64,000 bases of DNA from Deltaproteobacteria bacterium. Lineage in GTDB: Bacteria > Desulfobacterota > GWC2-55-46. The notes under the pieces are model-generated. The model was not told where the DNA came from. It did no database searches and was given only the letters and a program-made list of their open reading frames with translations. The translations under genes were made by a program, and so were the position numbers. Within the stretch, counting starts at the first letter, position 1, and each line of letters opens with the position of its first letter. The stretch covers positions 77,442 through 141,441 of the forward strand of contig JBBTBW010000006.1 in assembly GCA_038043525.1 (NCBI GenBank), given 5' to 3'. Positions 59,520 through 64,000 of the stretch are shown piece after piece.

Positions 59520-61697
59520 TCAGAACTGATCTATGCTTCCCTGTATTCCGGCTATCTTTCCGAGGCCTTTCAGGTTGAAGGTGACGAATACGATCTTCTC
59601 TTCAAGCCTTTCGGTGTATGTAAATACCGTATCCCAGCACTGGTGTTTGTATTCGACCCCGTAGGAGGTCTCAAGCGACCTGTATTCGTCGAAAGAGAAC
59701 CTTTTGAGGTATGTGAGGTCTATCGAGGGTATCACCTTGAGCCTTGTGGAGCCTTCCAGGTAGCTCGCCCCGCCCCGTACGAACCTGTACGATACGTCGA
59801 GCCTGTCGCCGCGCCTGTCGCTTGCGCCGAGCGAGGCGTCGTAGCTCGTGAACCAATGCTCGTATACGTCGTATCTGCCCTTTGCCGTCAGGGTAGTCCA
59901 GTCGGCCGGGTTTACGATAAGCTCTCCTGTCGCCTCTGAAAGAGGGCGTCTCTTATCTGTCGGGCCTGTTAGTTCTCTGGTCGCCTCGCGGATGTTATAT
60001 GTCTGGCTGAGGTCGAGATACGCGTAGTTCTTATAACTGCGGCTGGCGTTTTTTTCAAGCCTCCCTGTCAGAGTGGAGTTAAGCGAGTATGTCAGGCTGT
60101 TGGCCGCTTCGACCCTATCGACCGAATCAAAGCTCGGCATGTCGTCTTGCACCGCCTCCGGTATGTACGTGTATGACAGTTTGGGCCTCACCGTGTTTCT
60201 TATCGCGGTAAGTTCGTTCATATCCGTATAATAGACGCGCGCGAATGTCGTTGTCATCTCTACGTTGGCGTCGTAGAGATATCTGTCAAAGTACCTGCTG
60301 TTCGGATGGTCCGTGACCTCATAAAAAGTCGCCCGGCCTCCCAGCGACGGCTTCAGGTCGAAGTACCCTGCCGCGCTCATCGGCAGGGAGACCCTTGGGT
60401 GCAGGTCGATCCTCTGGCCCCTGACCCCTTCGAGCCTCCAGAAGTTGACGGCGGTATTCTCCGATGAAAGATACAAAGGCGTTGAGCCTATCCGCCTTTC
60501 CATGTTCGTGAAGGATATCTCAGGAAGCCTCTGGAGCGTATCTCTGTCGTGCAGGCTCAGCAGGTTGTTGAAGTGCCTGAACTGCCCGACCAGGTTATAC
60601 CCTGACCAGCTCCTGCTTATCGAGACGTTGCTTTCAATGGATTCCAACGACCTCTCCTGGACGCCTTTGCCGAAGTCGATGAAGTATTCGTCATCGCTCA
60701 CCAGGTCGATGTTGGCCCTCAGGTTTATGTTGTCGCCGAATATCTCGTTGTGCTGCCACTTCATCCGCCATCTGTCGTCAGTTGCGCCAAGCGGCCTTGA
60801 AAGGTTGTTGACGTCTTTTCTGAAGCTTCTGACGCGCTCTATGTCGTTTTCCTTGTAGCTGTACAGATAAAATTCCCCGGAGCTTGCCCGCGTCCTTATG
60901 TATCTGTATTCGAGCGCCTTTCCGATGCCTCTGGCGCTGTCATAGTCGAGATAGAACGTCGCGTCGGTGTTTTTTGATATCGCCCAGAAGAAGGAGTTTT
61001 TGAGGACCAGCCCCCTGAGCGCCGAGTACCCGGGCTTGGGCTGGAGGAACCCTGTCTGCCTGCCCCTTTTTATCGGGACGGAGAGATACGGGGAGTAAAG
61101 CACAGGCACTCCCTTCACGTAAAATACGGCGTTCCATCCGGAGAGGAAGTCCCCTATTACAACGTCCGCTGTGGAAGCGCCGAAGCTCCACGCGGGTTGG
61201 GTACCCGGGTCGCAGTCGCATGTGGTGTAGAGGGTATCTTTCGAGGTGTACGACTCTTTGCCGGTCTTTTTAATGACAGCTCCGGTAATGTGTATATTTT
61301 CTTCCTTGTAAAAGAGCCTGCCCTTGACGACTACCGCAGTCTTGTCGCGCAGGTTCATCTCAAGCGTTTCGCCGAAGAGCGTGTTGCCGCCCTCGTCCAG
61401 CACTCGGACGTTGCCTGCGGCCGTTGCTACGCCTGCTTCCATGTTAAGCATGGCGAAATCAGCCATCAGCGTCGTCGTCTCCTGGACTATTACGACGTTG
61501 CCGGTGGCCAGGTAAGTGTTAAGGGCCTTGTCGTAGCTGATGTTGTCAGCTGTGACGTCGACAGGCGCCTCGCTTTTGAGGAAATCCCCAGAAAGCTCTG
61601 CCGCCGGGCAGATACCGGCACCGAGCGTCAGCCACGCTGCGAGCGTTATGAAAAAACGCGTAATATATCTATTCATCAGCTCCTGATACGTTTTCAA
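59520..61697 (-). CDS. lptD: LPS-assembly protein LptD (OstA)
   Basis: Signal peptide, an N-terminal OstA jellyroll and a C-terminal beta-barrel. Alternative start at 61676. Confidence 0.75.
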   Translation of the reverse strand: MKTYQELMNRYITRFFITLAAWLTLGAGICPAAELSGDFLKSEAPVDVTADNISYDKALNTYLATGNVVIVQETTTLMADFAMLNMEAGVATAAGNVRVLDEGGNTLFGETLEMNLRDKTAVVVKGRLFYKEENIHITGAVIKKTGKESYTSKDTLYTTCDCDPGTQPAWSFGASTADVVIGDFLSGWNAVFYVKGVPVLYSPYLSVPIKRGRQTGFLQPKPGYSALRGLVLKNSFFWAISKNTDATFYLDYDSARGIGKALEYRYIRTRASSGEFYLYSYKENDIERVRSFRKDVNNLSRPLGATDDRWRMKWQHNEIFGDNINLRANIDLVSDDEYFIDFGKGVQERSLESIESNVSISRSWSGYNLVGQFRHFNNLLSLHDRDTLQRLPEISFTNMERRIGSTPLYLSSENTAVNFWRLEGVRGQRIDLHPRVSLPMSAAGYFDLKPSLGGRATFYEVTDHPNSRYFDRYLYDANVEMTTTFARVYYTDMNELTAIRNTVRPKLSYTYIPEAVQDDMPSFDSVDRVEAANSLTYSLNSTLTGRLEKNASRSYKNYAYLDLSQTYNIREATRELTGPTDKRRPLSEATGELIVNPADWTTLTAKGRYDVYEHWFTSYDASLGASDRRGDRLDVSYRFVRGGASYLEGSTRLKVIPSIDLTYLKRFSFDEYRSLETSYGVEYKHQCWDTVFTYTERLEEKIVFVTFNLKGLGKIAGIQGSIDQF

Positions 61698-61783
61698 GGA
61701 TTATATGGGCGAAGGACACCTGCCCGGGCCTGTCCTGAGATACGGCGCGACAGGTTTCTGAACTTAGCATAGGGTGATATATT

Positions 61784-63097
61784 TTACAAGCCCCCGGCCC
61801 TTTTCAGTACGCCTTTAATGGCCCGTTTTGCCTCTCCTACGGTAAATATCGAGCCGGTGACAAGGACCATATCGCTCTTAGCGGCCCTTGCGACGGCCTC
61901 TTTCAGCGCGCCTCGCACGTCTGTCTTTATGACGACTTCTTTTTTGTACGGCGCGATCCGTACCGCAAGGGCAGGGGCCGGCTCTGCCCTGGTGGTCTTT
62001 GGCTCGGTCACGATGACGGTTGAGGCTAAGGGGACAAGGCGCTCAAGGATGCGGTTGATGTCTTTATCCTGCATGACACCGATGACGAGTATGAGCCTTT
62101 TGTAGCGCATATCCTTGAGGGCGCGCTCAAGCGTGGCTGCCCCGTCAGGGTTGTGGGCGCAGTCGAAGACCACCAGCGGATTTTTCGAGACGGTCTCCAT
62201 GCGTCCCGGCCAGACGGCTTTTTTCAGCCCTGCGCGGATCGCAGAGCGCGGTATCCGGAGGCCTTTGGCAACGAGTCCCTCGATAGCGGCGATGGCGCAG
62301 GCCGCGTTCTTTATCTGGTGCGCCCCGGCAAGACCGAGAGAACAGCCCTTCAGCTCAAGCGTGGTCCCGGTGTAATCAAAGGTTGCCCGGCGTCCTTTCG
62401 GTCCGCACAAGGGACTGGCTGAAAAGTCCGCGCCCATGACGCAGAGCCTGGCCTTGGTCTTTCCGGCGTGAGCTTTCATGATCGAAAGGGGGACGGTCTT
62501 ATCCTCGGCAGTAAAAAAAGCAACGCCTTTTTTCATGATGCCCGCCTTTTCGGCGGCGATAGAGCGGATATCGGAGCCGAGGAACTCTTCGTGGTCTATC
62601 CCGATGTTTGTGATGACCCCGGCAACAGGCGTTATGACATTCGTAGCGTCAAGCCTGCCGCCGAGGCCTGTCTCGATGACGGCGATATCGATTTTTTTCT
62701 CCCTGAAGTATTCAAAGGCCATCGCTGTCGTGAACTCGAAGAATGTCGGTTCGTCGCCATCGGCGTCCGGGATTGATGCCGCCTTTTTCACGGAGGCGGC
62801 GAGTCTGCCTATATCCGCGTCAGAGATCATGCGGGAGCCGACGCGTATGCGTTCATTGAACTTTATCAGGTGAGGGGAGGTGTAGACGCCGGTTCTGAAG
62901 CCGGCCTCGATCAGGACAGATGAGATGAAGGCCGAGGTCGAGCCCTTGCCGTTGGTCCCGGCTATGTGTACGCAAGGGTACGCTTCCTGAGGGTCTCCGA
63001 GCGCCGAGAGGAGCCTCTTTATGCGCTCTAGCCCCGGGCGTATCCCGTGTCTTTCAAGGCCGCCTAAGTATTCGAGTATTTTATCAGTGGAGGGCAT
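61784..63097 (-). CDS. folC: Bifunctional folylpolyglutamate synthase / dihydrofolate synthase
   Basis: P-loop GTNGKGST and Mur-ligase layout. Confidence 0.85.
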   Translation of the reverse strand: MPSTDKILEYLGGLERHGIRPGLERIKRLLSALGDPQEAYPCVHIAGTNGKGSTSAFISSVLIEAGFRTGVYTSPHLIKFNERIRVGSRMISDADIGRLAASVKKAASIPDADGDEPTFFEFTTAMAFEYFREKKIDIAVIETGLGGRLDATNVITPVAGVITNIGIDHEEFLGSDIRSIAAEKAGIMKKGVAFFTAEDKTVPLSIMKAHAGKTKARLCVMGADFSASPLCGPKGRRATFDYTGTTLELKGCSLGLAGAHQIKNAACAIAAIEGLVAKGLRIPRSAIRAGLKKAVWPGRMETVSKNPLVVFDCAHNPDGAATLERALKDMRYKRLILVIGVMQDKDINRILERLVPLASTVIVTEPKTTRAEPAPALAVRIAPYKKEVVIKTDVRGALKEAVARAAKSDMVLVTGSIFTVGEAKRAIKGVLKRAGGL

Positions 63098-63174
63098 CTC
63101 AGGAGGACCGTTTTACGGTGTTGTTGCATAGCCGTGACGCTTGAAGGCAAAAGGGATTATGCTGGCCCAGGTTG

Positions 63175-64000
63175 TCACGAGAGCATGGATATGAGCTTCG
63201 AGAGCGTCTCCTTGAGCATCTTTCTTTCTACGATCATGTCTATCATGCCGTGTTCGAGGAGGTATTCAGCCCTCTGGAAGCCTTCAGGGAGCTTCTGTCT
63301 TATCGTCTCAGCTATGACTCTGGGCCCGGCGAACCCGACAAGCGCCCGCGGCTCGGCGATGATCACGTCGCCAAGCATCGCGAAGCTCGCCGTGACCCCT
63401 CCCATCGTCGGGTCGGTTACGACCGATATGTAGGGGAGGCGCGCCTCTCTGAGGCGGCCGAGCGCGGCCGAGGTCTTTGCCATCTGCATGAGCGAGAGTA
63501 TCCCTTCCTGCATGCGCGCTCCGCCTGAAGATGAAAAGATTATCGCGGCCGAGCGTTCAGTGATGGCAAGCTCTATTGCGCGGGTGATCTTTTCACCGGC
63601 TACAGAGCCCATAGACCCGCCCATGAACGCGAACTCGAATGCCGCCGCTACAGCCTTCTGACCGTTTATAAGCCCCTGGCCTGAGATTATCGCGTCGCGC
63701 AGGCCGGTCTCTTTCTGAGCGGCCTTAAGCCTGTCTTTGTACTTCTTGAGGTCCTTGAACTCAAGCGGGTCCTGCGGCTCTATAGCCCGGTCGATCTCCG
63801 TAAATGTGCCTTCGTCGAAGACTATCTTCAGGCGGTCCGTGGCACAGATGCGGAAGTGGTAGTTGCACTTGGGGCAGACATCAAGGTTCCGTTCGACCTC
63901 TTTCTTGTAGATGATCTCTCCGCAGTGATCGCACTTGACCCAGAGACCGAGAGGCACTTTTACGCTTTTGCCTTCGTCCCCGTTGGAAAAGATATCTTTT
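63175..64000 (-). CDS. accD: Acetyl-CoA carboxylase carboxyltransferase subunit beta (5' end beyond the window)
   Basis: Zinc ribbon [23 protein letters not shown] and the carboxyltransferase domain. The reading frame is open upstream to position 64000, and [20 protein letters not shown] aligns to the AccD N-terminus. Confidence 0.85.
   Translation of the reverse strand, partial: KDIFSNGDEGKSVKVPLGLWVKCDHCGEIIYKKEVERNLDVCPKCNYHFRICATDRLKIVFDEGTFTEIDRAIEPQDPLEFKDLKKYKDRLKAAQKETGLRDAIISGQGLINGQKAVAAAFEFAFMGGSMGSVAGEKITRAIELAITERSAAIIFSSSGGARMQEGILSLMQMAKTSAALGRLREARLPYISVVTDPTMGGVTASFAMLGDVIIAEPRALVGFAGPRVIAETIRQKLPEGFQRAEYLLEHGMIDMIVERKMLKETLSKLISMLS

Overview
This is a 64 kb chromosomal segment from a GC-rich bacterium of roughly 58-60% GC. 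It is probably an uncultured anaerobe, perhaps Desulfobacterota- or Nitrospirota-like, judging from the many c-type cytochromes, FGE-family proteins, TPR-fused glycosyltransferases, MenA and CstA. About 60 genes are recognisable, and two tRNAs read directly from the sequence: tRNA-Phe(GAA) and an initiator-type tRNA-Met(CAU).

The core is housekeeping. Cell division and ribosome genes: ftsK, ftsB, rsmE, prmA, argS, lolA, lptD. Cofactor and lipid genes: folC, accD (5' end cut by the window edge), queD-folE2, menA, tldD, cstA.

Between these sit several accessory-looking regions:

- Two short AT-rich inserts bounded by direct repeats. One is a 1.05 kb insert flanked by 63-bp repeats and carrying a 166-aa unknown plus an FmdB-type zinc-ribbon protein. 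The other is a 1.4 kb insert at the 3' end of tRNA-Met with an 18-bp att-like repeat and one 386-aa ORF. Neither has an integrase.
- A DUF559 endonuclease gene flanked by 38-bp hairpin-containing direct repeats, followed by a DUF2130 zinc-ribbon/coiled-coil nuclease-like gene.
- A 943-aa protein whose central region reads as a split class-III nucleotidyl-cyclase palm domain with a roughly 100-aa coiled-coil insertion. It is convergent with a translationally coupled pair of Cys-rich PP-loop sulfur-transferase-like genes (ThiI-like and LarE-like). This is the most likely undescribed system in the window.
- A cluster of tandem FGE/SUMF1-domain proteins, one fused to a dihaem cytochrome c, with a monohaem cytochrome c and a SurA-like PPIase.
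- A 1.1 kb gene-free region full of hairpins, internal repeats and two strong intrinsic terminators, which is a candidate site for structured ncRNAs.
- Several c-di-GMP-effector-type proteins: YajQ, a zinc-ribbon-PilZ, and a degenerate MinD-like ATPase paired with a PilZ-like protein.

All protein calls rest on motifs read from the supplied ORF translations. No database searches were possible.
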